Positions 40,101 through 62,976 of a DNA stretch of 64,000 bases are shown here, piece after piece (within the stretch, counting starts at the first letter, position 1; every line of letters begins with the position of its first letter). The stretch lies in NCBI GenBank assembly GCA_905331295.1, contig CAJNYD010000048.1, forward strand, positions 186,001-250,000. Reading direction: 5' to 3'. Source of the stretch: Rotaria socialis (taxonomy: Eukaryota). The position numbers were made by a program, and so were the translations under genes. Under the pieces are notes generated by a model. It made no database searches. It was not told where the DNA came from and was given only the letters and a program-made list of their open reading frames with translations.

Positions 40101-41566
40101 GTTGCTATTATCGATCGTCTTTGCAAATTTATTTATGCCAAAGACACATTGAATCGTGCACGTGCTCGTGCAAGTCTTTGTCATGTTTATCATTTTGCAT
40201 TACACGATCACTACTATGAAGCTCGAGATTTAATGTTAATGTGTCATATGCAAGATACAATAGCAACATCGGATGTTGCGACACAAATTTTATATAATAG
40301 AACTATTGTTCAATTAGGTTTATGTGCTTTTCGTTTTGGTGCAATACGTGAAGCACATCAAGCATTAGTTGATATGCAATCGGGTAATCGCGCTAAAGAA
40401 TTATTAGCACAAGGAGTTCAAATGATACGTAATCAAGAACGAACACGAGATCAAGAAATGAAAGAACGACAACGTCTATTACCATTTCATATGCACATTA
40501 ATTTAGAATTAATTGAATGCGTTTATCTTGTATCAGCTATGTTAATTGAAATTCCATTTATGGCTTGTAAGTTTATTTATTTATATGAGAGATCCAAGGG
40601 ATGTATTATACTGATATTTTAGCTCATGAATATGATGCACGAAAACGTCCAATTAGTAAACATTTTCATACACAAATGCGCCAAGCAGAAAAACAGCCTG
40701 TCTTTGGACCGCCGGAATCTATGCGTGAACATGTTGTCGCTGCAAGTCGAGCAATGAAGACAGGCGATTGGAGTGCATGTGTCAATTTTTTGATTAATGA
40801 AAAAATGAATGGCAAGGTAAAGAAATATGCTGAACTAAAATTTTATTTCTGTTTGATCATTAAAACGTTCATTTACTGAAATGAAAAATTCGAGATTGAA
40901 ACAAATCTATTGATTGGATTTTAGGTGTGGAATTTGATGCCACAAGCTAACGAAGTACGAAAAATGTTAATCGATAAAATTAAAGAAGAATCTTTACGTA
41001 CTTACTTATTTACTTACGCTACTGTTTATGATGCAATTTCCATGTCAACCCTAGCTGATATGTTTGAATTACCGGTTAAACAAGTTTATGGTATTATCAG
41101 TAAAATGATTATCAATGAAGAACTTATGGTATTTTATATCTTTTTCTTATTATTAGTTTAAATAGATGTAAACGTTTTTTCTTCTTATAGGCTTCACTCG
41201 AAGAACCCAATCAAACTGTTGTAATGCATCATACAGATCCATCAAGAACGCAAGCACTTTCACTTCAACTTGTTGAAAAGGTCTTTCAATTATATGAGCA
41301 AAATGAAAAATTAGTTCATTTTCGTAATGGTGAACCAAACTTTTATTCAAGACCCAATCAACGTATGTTTATACTGAAGAATTTTTCTTATCATTATTTT
41401 CTCGTACTTATAGAACCACAACAAGGTCAACAACGNGGTGGCGGCGGTGGTGGTGGACAAAATTGGAGTAAGTTCACTAATCTTTCATTGTGTTTTTAAA
41501 TTTAATGTTCTTCTTTTTTACAATATAGATCGTACACAACGATCAGGAACAAATCGGGCGTATTAA
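37168..41566 (+). CDS. EIF3C: Eukaryotic translation initiation factor 3 subunit C (multi-exon)
   Basis: Hallmark segments [113 protein letters not shown] and PCI region [14 protein letters not shown]; stop TAA 41564-41566. Confidence 0.97.
39119..39641. mobile_element. Old palindromic (MITE/foldback-like) element in the long eIF3c intron
   Basis: 39119-39258 is an imperfect reverse complement of ~39500-39641 (AAAATATTTTGAT..GTACTGCCATA..CCCGTAAAAA.TGGGGTTTATT..TATCGAAACTT). Confidence 0.7.
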
Positions 41567-44500
41567 AAATCGTATAACATCAAAAAGTTTTATATTTCAT
41601 CTATTTAAATCGTTATCTTGCAGTGTTATTCGAGACTGTATTTGTTGTTGATCTATCCACAATAGAAAAAAAATAAAAAAGAGGATGCACAAAAATATTA
41701 AAACAGAAGAAGAAGAGATGTCATTTTATCGTGTATAATTCTACATTTACATAAATGTAGATTAGAAAATTTGAAGAAATGTTAAAATTCAATGCTTTCA
41801 TACTGTTTTCACTCAACGATCTATGAGATACGGTATTAGGAAATCGAATAATTTGACCCATAAACCAATGGTTCGTTTATTGTTAAACCAATGAACTGTA
41901 AAAATATGGTTGAGCGCTATGCATTTGATGTATTAGTAATATAAAAAAATTCAAATTCTAGAAGTATTTACGGCTTCTATTGATGTCGATTATGTGGTTA
42001 TTTACGTTGAATTAAGGTACATCAAGTGGGACATTTTCGACTGCTAAAAGCTAAAGTAACAGAAGCTTTTAAATTTCTGCAATATAAGTTTTCAGAGTTT
42101 TTTCTACTCTAAATTGAGATTGAGCAAACTCTTGCAAGACAGCCAATGGAGCTGTACACACACATTGATTGCAACTAGAAAAATGTACTATGCGAGAATT
42201 AAAGACTGTCGGCATTGTTTAGTCTATCTATATATCTAATGACAATTCTTTTACTTCTAATCAGGCGTACACATCATCTAAGCTATGCCAGAAATAAGAC
42301 AAAAAATAATGCGTTGACAGATATGTCTTATACAAACCCTTTTCAGGGCGAGTTTACACCGACATCTAGCGTTACCTATCGAAACTCATTTCATTGTTGT
42401 TTTGAAGCTGAAGAACAACAGCTTTCACATATATTGGATGACTTTACACCTGTTTACCATCAATCGGTGATCTGAAAAGTATGAGAAATCGATAGCAAGC
42501 TTGTTTATTTGGACTCTTTTTCTAAGCAATATGTTTCGTCAATCGTGCCATATGACGACTTCGGTAAGTCTTGAATTGTATGTAAAAGACCTTGTAAAAT
42601 ATAGCTTTTTCTTCTGTATTTCAATTATTTTTATAATAATATAAATTAGTTTAAGTCTTAAATTTTCATGAAACCAAGACTACACTAGTTGTCAATTTAT
42701 TCGAAATTATATAATGAAGAGGTTGAAAATGGAAAGAGAATTTATTTTAATATAATTTCTTGGTAGTGGTGGAAACATTGCCTGTACAGTTAATGTAGAA
42801 AATGAGAAAACAAGTTAGATGTATTGTTTAAGCCAAAGATATATAATTAAAATGTATATAAAAATATGAGTAAACACGATTTTTGAAGAACTTCTCAAAT
42901 ATATGAAACGCACAGTATATATTCGTAACAGTCGCTTGTTTTTCGTCTATGATTCTCATAATCGAATCTATTTTTACAACAACGCTTATCAATAAAACAA
43001 GGTTAAACATTGACAGCATTTGAGTTTAAAACTTTTCTCGTTGATTTTATCATGTATAAAACAACTGAACAATATAGACTTGGTAAAAATATTATGATTT
43101 GTTTTTCTGTGAAAACAAAACGTTTTCTCTTCATTAGTAACAATCAAGAGTGCTTTGAAAAATGATTGCTATTATTGACGAAGCATGACGATACTCATCT
43201 TGGAGAAAAAAATAGATAAAAAACAGATAATTGCAACAAAAATAAAACAAATGGCAATAACAGAAAAAGCTGCCAGAAATCTAGTTAAATTTTTGACGTA
43301 TGATAAAATCAAGTGAGGGTAATCGAGCGAATCTTCTTTAAGACAAAAAATGGTAAAACAGGGAAAGCTATAAGCCGATGATGTGTACGATAGATTATCT
43401 CGTTTGATTGACATTTAAGCAAATTTTGCACATAGAAAAGTCTCGTGTTAACTAATTCGTTGGTATTTTCGTTTACTGCAACGATTCTTTGCTTTCTGTA
43501 GCGTTATCCCGATTATTTCTTGCAGCGCTACTCGAGATTTTCCATCGCTGAGTTCCATTTGCTTGGAAGTACTTAATGTACCTAAAAGAATGCTAAATGA
43601 TTATTTACTTCAGCACGTTAACCACGAATCTGTATATAGATATTAAAGATTTTCTTAGGAGAAATTCTAAACGAGATTTTATCTTAAGTCAATTATAACC
43701 GAATAAAATTTATTCGGTTATGATTGAAATGCATTCATTCTTTTTGTCGTAACATACTGTAGAAATGTATACATACCAGAGGATAAATCTAATGGAAAGA
43801 AAACAGGTAGAATCAATCGTTTAGAACACAAGGTCACGTGTATTTCAAACGTAGGCAAACTTAGTACGGAGATTATTTCTACTGTAGGCATTACTGCCAT
43901 TGATCAAATCAATTATTTCCATCTACGTAGAAAAAAACAATCCAACAGTTTTCCTTTCTCTATGTTTTTGACCATCAGTTTTGTCAAAATTTTTCTTGAT
44001 ATTTGATATAATCTCTTGATCTTACGCAGAAAGAATCTAACCCATGATATTTATCTTGATTTATCAAAACTAATTTCTCCTATAGTTGAAGAGTTTACAA
44101 AAATTCTATAACATGTCAATAATCATACTTCTGGTTTAGATCAATTTTACTCACATGTGTAATCTCTAATGGGTTCTAAATATATGTGAAAGAGAAATTA
44201 AATTCTCCATGAACGCCCTATAAAGTTGATTTATTTTTTAATTCAACGATATCAAATCTCTAGTGAAAATATCATTATAAAAGATTTATATCTATCCTGG
44301 TTTCTTATGAGCGATGCTCCAATAAGTGTATCCCGATTGGGAAATGTCTTGCATAGTTAAATTGATATTTCGAGAATATAAATTATAAGAATATTGCGTA
44401 TCGACCTACATATTATTGTTCTAGAGATATACAATTTCTTTGCTTATATTCTGACATCTCCATGGAATACTATCTTCAATAAGAGAAATGTTCTACTTTG

Positions 44501-45944
44501 GTTGGTTTTTATTCATCAATGAATAAAACTTCTGAGTATTCATTAATATCAATGCCAAAGCTTCAAGAAATCTACTTATACAAGGATACACATCGTGACT
44601 GACATAGTAATCTTTGTCTTTTTTTTCTACCTGTCAAGTTGTATTATAATCAAAATTGATGTACTTCGATCGAGAATAACTGCGAAATAAGTGAATAGAT
44701 TGTTATTAAAACCTTCACATTTCTTCCATTCTAATTCTTCTAACAGCTTTTATTTAAATATTTACTGTATGTCTTAACGCATGTTTAGGGGTGGAATATA
44801 ATACTGTAAGCATAAAAGCACGAAACACGAATGAATAAAATCAACGATAAAATTATTACGTACTTATCCACTTAAATTGCTGTTTACGATGCTACTCCAT
44901 AGGTAATATTAACTCTGTATATGAATTTTATTTTTGAATAATAATGTGTTCAATAAATTTCTTGTTCTTGTTGGGTTTCGTTTGAAGAACACAATTGAAC
45001 TGTCATAATGTCTTATCGAGATTCATTAGAAATATAAATACTTTCTTTTTTAACTTGCTAACAAGATCAGCGACTGATAGAAGTAAAATGAAAACTAAGT
45101 TCATTTTCATAAGGACAACGTTCGTTTACATTTAAGATCAAATTAACATATATTTACTTAAGGTTGTCTCTTTCTTCTTCCTTTTTTTTTATTTGTTATA
45201 TATTCTCTTTTTTTTGTCTTTTAGAAAAGTATTGTAAGAGAAGGTCAACAAGGTAATCAAGGCATAGGTGATGATTGGTAGATAAAATTGTCGTAAGCCG
45301 ATATAATTACTCATCAATTTTTGTTGTCATCATGTTGCCTTTTTATTTGATAGATCGTATTCAACGATCGTGAACAAATTGTGCTTATTAAAATTTGTTC
45401 AATATTAATATCTTTCTATTTGATACTTTAAAAATCTCTATTTTGCAATGCTATTCATGACCATATTTGTTGTTGATCTATCACGTTACGAATATACAAA
45501 GAGGATACACAAATGAATAGTAGAAGAATGAGGTGCTATCTTTTGCTATATAGCTACATGCGTATGTCAGTAGAGAGAAGAGTTGTACTGTACTGTTCGA
45601 GAGAAAGAGAAACGAAAAAAGCAACAGGCGAGTCTTACTAATGATAGAAAGAAAAGAGAAAAAAAGAAAGAAGTCTCTGTTCGTCGTTTCCTCTTTCTCC
45701 ACACACACACACATCTCATGTCGATTCTTTTCAATCAGTTGGTTATGTTTCTTCTAGTCGTAGCGAAGATTATCATTATAGTGATTTCTATAAGTAATCC
45801 ATGTATATGTGATACTGTCTTTCTCTTTATTATATGCTTGCTTTATTCTTCTTTTAATCATCTTGTATTCTATCTATTCTCCATACTTTTCAGATCATGA
45901 GGCACACGAAGCATAATACTAATATATAAAAATAATTTATTACT

Positions 45945-54791
<8,847 letters not shown>

Positions 54792-56159
54792 TGCATTCAT
54801 TTTGTTTTTAATTTTATCTTCACCTTTTTTTGTTTTCTTGTAAATTTTTTCCTTTTCTCGCTCACACTATTTTTCTATACATTTTTTTGTTCTTTATATT
54901 ATCTCTGTTTGAATGATCTAAACTAATAGCGACCAGACGAGATGGACGATGATGCTAAACAATTGCGCATGTGTGTGTGTGTGTTTTGTGTTTGTGATAA
55001 ATGATTAAAAATGTTATTAACTATACTAATATCTTCACCTGGTTTTTTGAAATGATTATCATATTTAAAGAAAAGAGAATTTTATTAAGACTAGACGAAT
55101 TACGATTTAATTAATTATATTGAAATTTCAACATGCTCAATTTTAGTTTGGATGAAAATCAAGCTCTAGAAGAACCTTTTTTTCAAGAGGATTAAGATAT
55201 TATAAATGCTGGATTTTAAGACATACCAACAATAAAGTTAAGAAAAAGTAGAGAACTATCATAAGAACCTTTTTTTTGACACTCCATAATGTCAAAGACT
55301 AATATGGATGCGTCAACGATATTTATAGAAATAGATGTAATTACTTTAAAGATAAGAGCATCATGCCTATATATGTTTACATAAATGTCGACAACAAAAA
55401 CAACTATGTTTTGATAAGATTATATTGGTTGTCAACTTGACACTGAGCGAACATAGACGAAATTACGTCGGTAACTGTCTCATAGAATAGAGAAGGATCA
55501 TAAAAAAAGAAGTTCGGCCTCTTTGACAACATCGATTGATTCTTAACAACAATACAAAGTCAAAAATACTGGAAAATAGAAATTAGATGAGTCATCGGCG
55601 AGTGAGAAGAGGACATTCTACTCTGTGTAGATAGAACATTTTGTTTTTGACTTACATCGATAAGGCTAACAGCTGTAAGCTAATGAAAAAATTTGAATAA
55701 ACAATCATCGAAAGTAATTTTCATCTGGCTACTATGGTCGATGCTATTTAGCCATGAAAACAAAAACAAGCTAAGTTAACATGTGTACTAAAATATTACA
55801 ATTCACTATTATCTACAAAGGCTGCTTTTCCGTTTTCATTATTAAGCATTGTTAACAAAGAAATATTTGTCAAACACGAATGAAACATTGATTTACTTTT
55901 ATGACATTACCACATTTATTTAATAAGTTATAAATAAAACTATAAAAAGGATAGATTGTATATATAGTCTGTATTTTCTTTAACATAATTTAGTATTGAA
56001 AATGACCTTATGAAAGAGGCCGAAAGCTTCACTGTACTTTTTTTTATTTTTGCTAAAATAAAGAAATATATAAATGATTGGCGAATTAGTTTATCTAGCA
56101 CTTAGTTTATGCAATTACATCTCATTAAACAACGTTAAGAACAAAATGCATATATGAAC

Positions 56160-56657
56160 GCGCGTGCTCGATTTACCATCCGAGAATCTACTATCCGAGG
56201 ATTTACTGTCCTTTAATTGTTTCGAAGACGAGAAATGAACAAGTATTAACACATTGATCGATTGCTAGAAGATATGGGTGTTTCAGCTCCAAAACTTTGT
56301 AAACATTAAGTCGTAACAAATGAATATTTAATAAAATTATGGTAACGTTATGACGAAGGCGGTCATGATATTGTACCGTTCTTGAAAGCTGGTGGGCTTA
56401 GATAGTTTTAAAGGTCATCAACACATTAAGCATTTATTCTTCTTGTTTCTTTTATATATTTATTGAAATTCGGTTTTTTCCCGATAATGTATTAGTTGTC
56501 GCAGTCGGTATTCATTCTTTTTTTTCTCTTCGGTCGATACAATCAACGGACAGTAAATCCTGAGGAGCAAAACTTATGCTTTCTCTAGAAATAAACCAAT
56601 TAAAATTGGAAAGCAATCAATGGATAGTAAATCCTCGGGTAGTAAATCGTGTAAACC
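56160..56657. mobile_element. Degenerate MITE with subterminal GGATTTACTATCC-type repeats in inverted orientation
   Basis: CGATTTACCATCCGAG..CCGAGGATTTACTGTCC at left versus GGACAGTAAATCCT and GGATAGTAAATCCTCGGGTAGTAAATCG at right. Confidence 0.55.
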
Positions 56658-57045
56658 GTTTTTACATCAATTTTGATTGCAAGATATCCAAGTGGACGTT
56701 TATTTCTTTTTTTTTGATTAATGAATGAAAAGAAATGCGGACAACTACTGTGCAGGATGTAAGAATAAATTGTAGATGTGTTTCTTCTCATTGAAAACCG
56801 TGAAATCTTTTTTTACTTCTAAAGCATCACTTTAGCATCAAGTATTTCGATCAACAGAATCAGGTTGCACTTTGATGATAGCAAAATGTTTATATAGTCA
56901 ATATATTTGTGGACTTCAATGACACATACATACGTATCTGTAAGATGCTTTAATTGAGTCTTATGATTAGCAATTATGAAATAACTAGTAATAGTTTTGG
57001 GTAAGATATCGGAGTTATGACATTGTTTTTCAGTAGAATCTCATA

Positions 57046-57627
57046 CCGGGTGTGGGTGTGGGTGTGTGACTTTTGATAAAGAAATAGACCCGGATGCGCA
57101 TCCACACCCACACCCTCAAGCACGAGTAGCCCCCAAAAGGTCACTAGTGACGCCCTAATATAGCCCTTAAAAATTTACAACTATTATGTAAAGATAGCAG
57201 TTCAAAAATTGAACACAGTAGCTGAATTAGTATTAAAATAATGGTTAATTTATTACCTAAGCATTCTTTAAGCCTAATTGTGACGAACATACAGAGTGTC
57301 GCCTATGCCCGTCGGCATGATGGTGTATTGTGTCATCTGCACATCTCTAGTCGTGCATTTCCTTTAGTTGCATTCCCTTATATACGCGAGAGTGATCACG
57401 CCTGGGCGGATATAGACAAAGAGGGAACGGCCACGCAATAGAACAATGAGAGTTCATCAGGTCAATGCACAAACATAGAATACAGCGAAGAGGATAAAGT
57501 GAGTCGTAACGGTAAATACCGTTGCATATCCCCCCACTGAAACTAGAGCTCTCCTGAGCGAACAAAAGGGTGTGGATGTGTTGGTGTTGGTATCCACTTT
57601 CATATCACACCCACACCCACATCCAGG
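57046..57627. mobile_element. TA-flanked element whose inverted termini are built from (TGTGGG)n
   Basis: TA|CCGGGTGTGGGTGTGGGTGTGTGA ... TCACACCCACACCCACATCCAGG|TA; each end also has a local inner inverted copy. Confidence 0.55.
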
Positions 57628-59825
57628 TAGAACTCAATGCTCGCTATCGAATTGTGCAATTGAACTCGGTATTAATTGCAACTTTCTGAAAAAAATCCTA
57701 AGTTGCTGAGATTTTCAAAGATTTTTGAAGTTATTTCTAAACTAGACTTACTTAGGAGCATGTTTCAAATTTACCATGAAATACAGTTCGTCATGTTCTA
57801 CTTCGAACCTATTTGAAACACTTGAAACATGGTTCTGGCTGACTAGAGCCTGGAAATACCGTGAAAAACCTTGAAAATGTTTTTGTTTTCGGGAATTGAC
57901 TCCAGCATCGTAGTATATAACAAAAAACTCCATTGAGCTGATAGATAGTATACATCGCATTCTACGTGAAAATTCCTTAGAATACTTGGAAATTGTCGCT
58001 AGACAAATCACGCGTTTAGTTACTCGAATTGGGTGTCAACTTCAAGTACGTGCAAGTTTGCTTTTATAAGACGGTTTATGCCCCAGGAAAGTATCCAATA
58101 ACCGTTGAAAATGTTTTGATTTTTGATTTTTACATCTGAAACTGAAAATGAACGTTGGCTCAAACTATTGCCAAATCCAAAATATAAGATAACTTTGGCT
58201 TGCAACATTGAATTGAGCTCAAGTGTAGATCTGAAAGAACTTGTTAGCATAGCCCCTTGAGAGTTAAAATGCGAAACTCACATGTATCGGGTGGCCTCAT
58301 TAAACAGATATGCAATACGTACAATGAAAGATCTCTCGTAGACTATACTCATTTTCCAAGATAATCGGTCACTAAAGCAAGAATCGTTTTTGTTTATTTT
58401 TGCACTTTGAACATCATTTCTTTTGATTGTGTTCTGATCGGCGTTCCATTTTATAGTTTGGTCTTGTTGCTATGATTACGTTACTTTTTATTTTCATAGT
58501 TTACCTTAATTCGTCACTATTACTTGTCTCATTATTGATTTAACTGACAAAGTAGACTTGTAAATGTCTATCATGATTTGACTAAGCATAAAAGAACAAT
58601 TATAATGCTCGATCAACGCACAAAGATTAATATTGCTAATTTTTCAAAGTTAAAACTTGAACAAATTTACAACAAAAATCAAGTAAGTCTGACGTTTGTT
58701 GCCTTTACTAGTTAACGTCTGTAATGGGAACGAGAGAGTCAAAAAACTCTCGCTTTTAAATTTAAATTTCAAATTTACTGGGAAAATACATGTGAGTTCC
58801 ACAAAATGAGCAAGTTTGAGTAGGCTCAGTATTCTGGCATGATCTCCTGAACAACTTGATCGTTCGAGTTGAATGGTTCATCCAAAGATAGAACCTCGTT
58901 AGGCTACAAAATGATCGTATTTGATCAATGCTCACACGCTGTGGAGAATCGCCTTAGTAAGCTATTATTCAAAATACGAAAAAGGCACTGCTCCAAAGTG
59001 GCGGTATTTTCACTCTTTCCCAGCCGAAGTATCGAATCCCAAAATAGATCTTGCCAAAAAATACCTGTTGGCACGTAAATATCGAGGGGCGAAAACTATA
59101 ATTCCACTTAGAGTAGACCACACTCCATATTGATTCACCCTGTGAAAATCATCCTTGTGTCCATATGCAAATACTGGCATTATCGAAACCAAAGGGACAC
59201 CATGAAATAGCTCGCTTCCGGTATCTCATATTGATGCTGCTGAGACACTTTTGATTAGTGTACAAGATATTCCAGTGTTAGAAAGATTTGGTCAATGTGC
59301 TCAACAACACGTTGAAAAAGCAGCATTAGTCGTATATGAAAAAAAATCAGCTGGCGAACAGTATCACGTTCTGACAATATTTGAAAAAGGCTCTTTACTA
59401 GAATGGGACGCATCATTTCGTGTATATGGTATACTTTGTTTCCAAATAAGACAGAGAGATTGTGCAGAATGTATTTTAAAAAAAATACAACAATTTAGCC
59501 TATTTTAGTCGTTACTCAAATATACGTTTCAGTGATATATGAAGATAATTTGATCTCTCTTTATGAAGAAAATGGAGCTTCGCGTTCCGTTTTAGCTTAT
59601 CCCATGTTTATTGAACAACAGGATTTTACTATAGTATTCTGCAGTTAAAACTAAATTAGAATTTTTTCTGAGGTGCACTTAGTTTTGTTAAAAATGATTT
59701 TCTTATTGCCTTTCCGGAAAAGTTTTTTTTGCGAGCCTCTTCAATAATCTGTGCTTCTTGCTTTCGGGCTCTATAGACTCCAGTGATAATTGAGAGTCCC
59801 ACAGCCACGAAATAGTATGCGATCT

Positions 59826-59860
59826 TGAGGGTGTGGGTGTGGGTGTGGGTGTGGGTGTGG
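59826..59860 (+). repeat. (TGTGGG)n tract, telomere-like
   Basis: TGAGGG followed by about five TGTGGG units. Confidence 0.75.
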
Positions 59861-60653
59861 ATAAATGCAATACAAGACACCGACACGCAATCTGATTCTA
59901 GAAGAATGTTTTATTGTTGGAATTTTCTATGTGTACATCGATTTATTTACCGTTCAATAAGACAATTATTCCTTATTTCATAATTTCAATCGTTAAACAT
60001 ATGCGAAATGAAAAAGAGATCAGTTAGCTTTGATTAAATGTTCCTTATCTCATTGTTTATGAAATTATCGCCGTTTATGAACAATGTATCGTATTTGAAT
60101 TTAGGTCAATTCGAATTATTGTTGATGTCTAGTAACGTATCTCAAGAACATGATTCATTTGAATTCCAAAGCACTCCGATTATGATCCACTGATACTTGG
60201 ACGGGCATAAGACAACATGTAGTCTATATTTGTACGGCTAAAATAGAGAAACGTTAACAAACGACTATTGATTGAACAATGATGCTGTTAATTTTTCTCT
60301 AGTAGGAAAAGCTGATTAGAAAAATATTTCATTCATGTAAATTGTTAACAACTGTTTTTTTTATCTATCAATATCATTAATTGATGCTCTTTTTGATTAT
60401 TGATTTCTTTGAATTTGCGCATCAATCGTTTGTTTCTTACTAAAGAACTTTTAGTTTGATCAATCGAAATTAGATCTATTTGTATGCTAATGTAGCGACG
60501 AATAATTCAATTTTAATTTCATTCATCGAACTGTCCATTGTCTTTCCTTACAAAAGACATAGACTGATCTACTTCTATATATGTAGAAGTCGTTACGAAG
60601 CAAATTAAAATCGAATTGTTTGTTTACATTGTAGAGTATCATTTAAGATAGAC

Positions 60654-61326
60654 ATGACGCAAAAGGAAGAAAATTTTCCTGAAAGCATCCAGCTAGCACG
60701 TAATGATCAAGAAAATATTGGAGTAAGAATTTTTATTTGTATGAATTCTAAACGAAAGAAACTTTTTAGGCATTGAATCTCCTAATTTCAACTTCAACTC
60801 AACCACCAAATAACCTATTCAACTACTACAAGCAACGTGCTGAAATTTTATTTTATTTAAATAAATATGAAGGTAAGTTTAGATCAAACACTAGAGTCAT
60901 TGCAGTATGTATATGTATTTTAGATGCTCTAAGTGACATTTATGCAATGGAAAAGATAAACGAGATCGCGTCATCAATCCAACTGATCAAATGGTATGCC
61001 ACTTTGTTATTGCTGCTTTTCATGCGATTCTAGTGATTTTCTCTTTACAGGGAATCGCTGATACAAATTCAGTGTGCAAAAGTCCGGCAAGAAATAAAAC
61101 AATCTTTAGTGATTCAAGGTAATTCAGTGGAATTTGTTTTTTCTAAAAGTATAATATCAATCTTTTAGATGATCTTAGTCATATTGAACTATTAGCACGT
61201 ATACATCCAAATAATATGAAAAAGATATTCAATGGTATGTCATAAATATAAAATAATCATAAAAATGCAAGAAAAATGCTTTTTTCAGATCTTCAAATAA
61301 AAAATAATAAAAGAAAAAGAAAATAA
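60654..61326 (+). CDS. Small 6-exon gene, TPR-like helical protein with basic C-terminus
   Basis: MTQKEENF..NIG|ALNLL..YYKQRAEILFYLNKYE|DALSDI..KW|ESLIQ..|DDLSH..|DLQIKNNKRKRK*. All junctions GT-AG and in frame; RAEILFYLNKYEDALSD fits a TPR consensus. Confidence 0.75.
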
Positions 61327-62739
61327 ATTAATCTTCATGCTGACAAGATCCAATCGTTGGTTATATTCATCATCATGAATAATGGCATCTGATGATGATA
61401 CTATCCGTTGAGATCGTGAAAAAATTCGTTTATTCTGGTCGTCAAGCATATGAAAACAAATTAATAATAAAAAATTATATTTACAATTTGTCGTGGTGAT
61501 CCATCATATTCATCATTATGAAAAATAATATCTGATGATGATAACGACAAATGCTCTTTTTTCGTTTTTGCTGTTAAAAAATCTTACCTTGTTTTAATTA
61601 TTGTATATCACTGCTCCAATGGTGTCGATCTTCAATTTTCTTTTGTATCTTAATTCATAACATACATTGATTATATTGAAATAAAGGATTATTTCAAATC
61701 TTGATTTTTTTTTGCGGAATAAGTAATTGCATAAAATCTTGGTTTTAATTTATAATGAAACTGGTACTTGAACAAGTCGTTGGTCAAGTTGATGGTTTCC
61801 ATTCAAATTACTTTAGTATATTTCTAATAATTGAGAATCTTATGTGACTTAGAAATTTCTTTAAGTTTTAAATGATGATAAAAGAAATTATTTGAAGTTT
61901 AATATTATATATAACTAGGTGAAGCCAGGCATAACAAGCATTCTAAAATATGATGCCAAACTAAAATGATGATTTCCAGTGCGATTCATATTTCATGAAA
62001 TGTGAAAAATCAGTTCAAGGAATATTCATAAAATTCATTAACTATCATAGGGGTAAATATTACTCTATAGTATAAATTATCACGTTCAGATAATGAACTT
62101 CTTTCGATGGAGGATAGCCGATTATAAAATATGAATTGACGTTTTAATTATAAAAGTATTTATTATGAAACATGTAAGATCAGAAATTTACTATGAGCAT
62201 CTGTATGATTCGCAAAAACAATAAGTTAATACATAAATGAACGATTGTGAAATTGTCTAATCGGTTTTTAGAAGCACATAGAAAAGAGGAATTAAAGCTG
62301 AATTGACGAATACAACGTCTCAAAAAGATGATTTAAGTTATGCTAGACCAATCACGTTGCTTAATTCGTGTTGTTCGGTCTGTTTGAGGCCTTAATCTAA
62401 GAGAGTTGCTTTTCCTTTATCTTGATCTCTATCGATTACTGCTCCAGCCATAGGACTTTGAGGCAAGTGGAGCACAGGTTCGAGTTTTCCACCTCAGAAA
62501 ATCTCGAAGTATCATCTCTGTGGTCATAATATAGAACTCTCATTGATTCACAATTAGAGCTTGGACAAAAACGGAAGAGATTTCCGTTTAGTTATCGTTG
62601 GAACAGGTCAGTCAATCTTCGTGTTTCTTTATGTTTTATTTACCGTTTTGTAGCTTGTGAAATTCTCTATTAAATGATATATATACTAGTTGGGGTTTTA
62701 TTCGATTATGATACGAAAATTTTTCTATGAAAACGTGTA

Positions 62740-62976
62740 TAGGTCGACTTTCGCATAAGAGACCAGAGGGAAAAATCAATTGTCTTCAAATAACTCAGGA
62801 AGGACTCCTTCAATCAAGCTCATCTTCGAACTAGACTGAGGCAAAGATGAGACTGAACTGTGCAGAATAGTTTACCATGATCTGACTCTCCTTTCGAAAG
62901 TTATCGTGTAAACGGTTGGCAAGACGGACAGACTGACTGATTCTAGAGTGTACTCACCATTTGAGCACACAAAAAG
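62740..62976 (+). mobile_element. HINE/DINE-1-like short element, copy B
   Basis: Same core, GACG/GACA/GACT microsatellite and 3' hairpin GTGTACTCA-ccatt-TGAGCACAC + AAAAA as 27880-28096. Start approximate. Confidence 0.6.

Noticed and set aside
42200..45200. Coding-like fragments between eIF3c and DAPK
   Set aside because: No continuous frame or recognisable motif; cannot support a gene call.
57700..59600. Short ORFs as a transposase or horizontally acquired gene
   Set aside because: Fragmented, and no DDE, reverse-transcriptase or other motif recognised.
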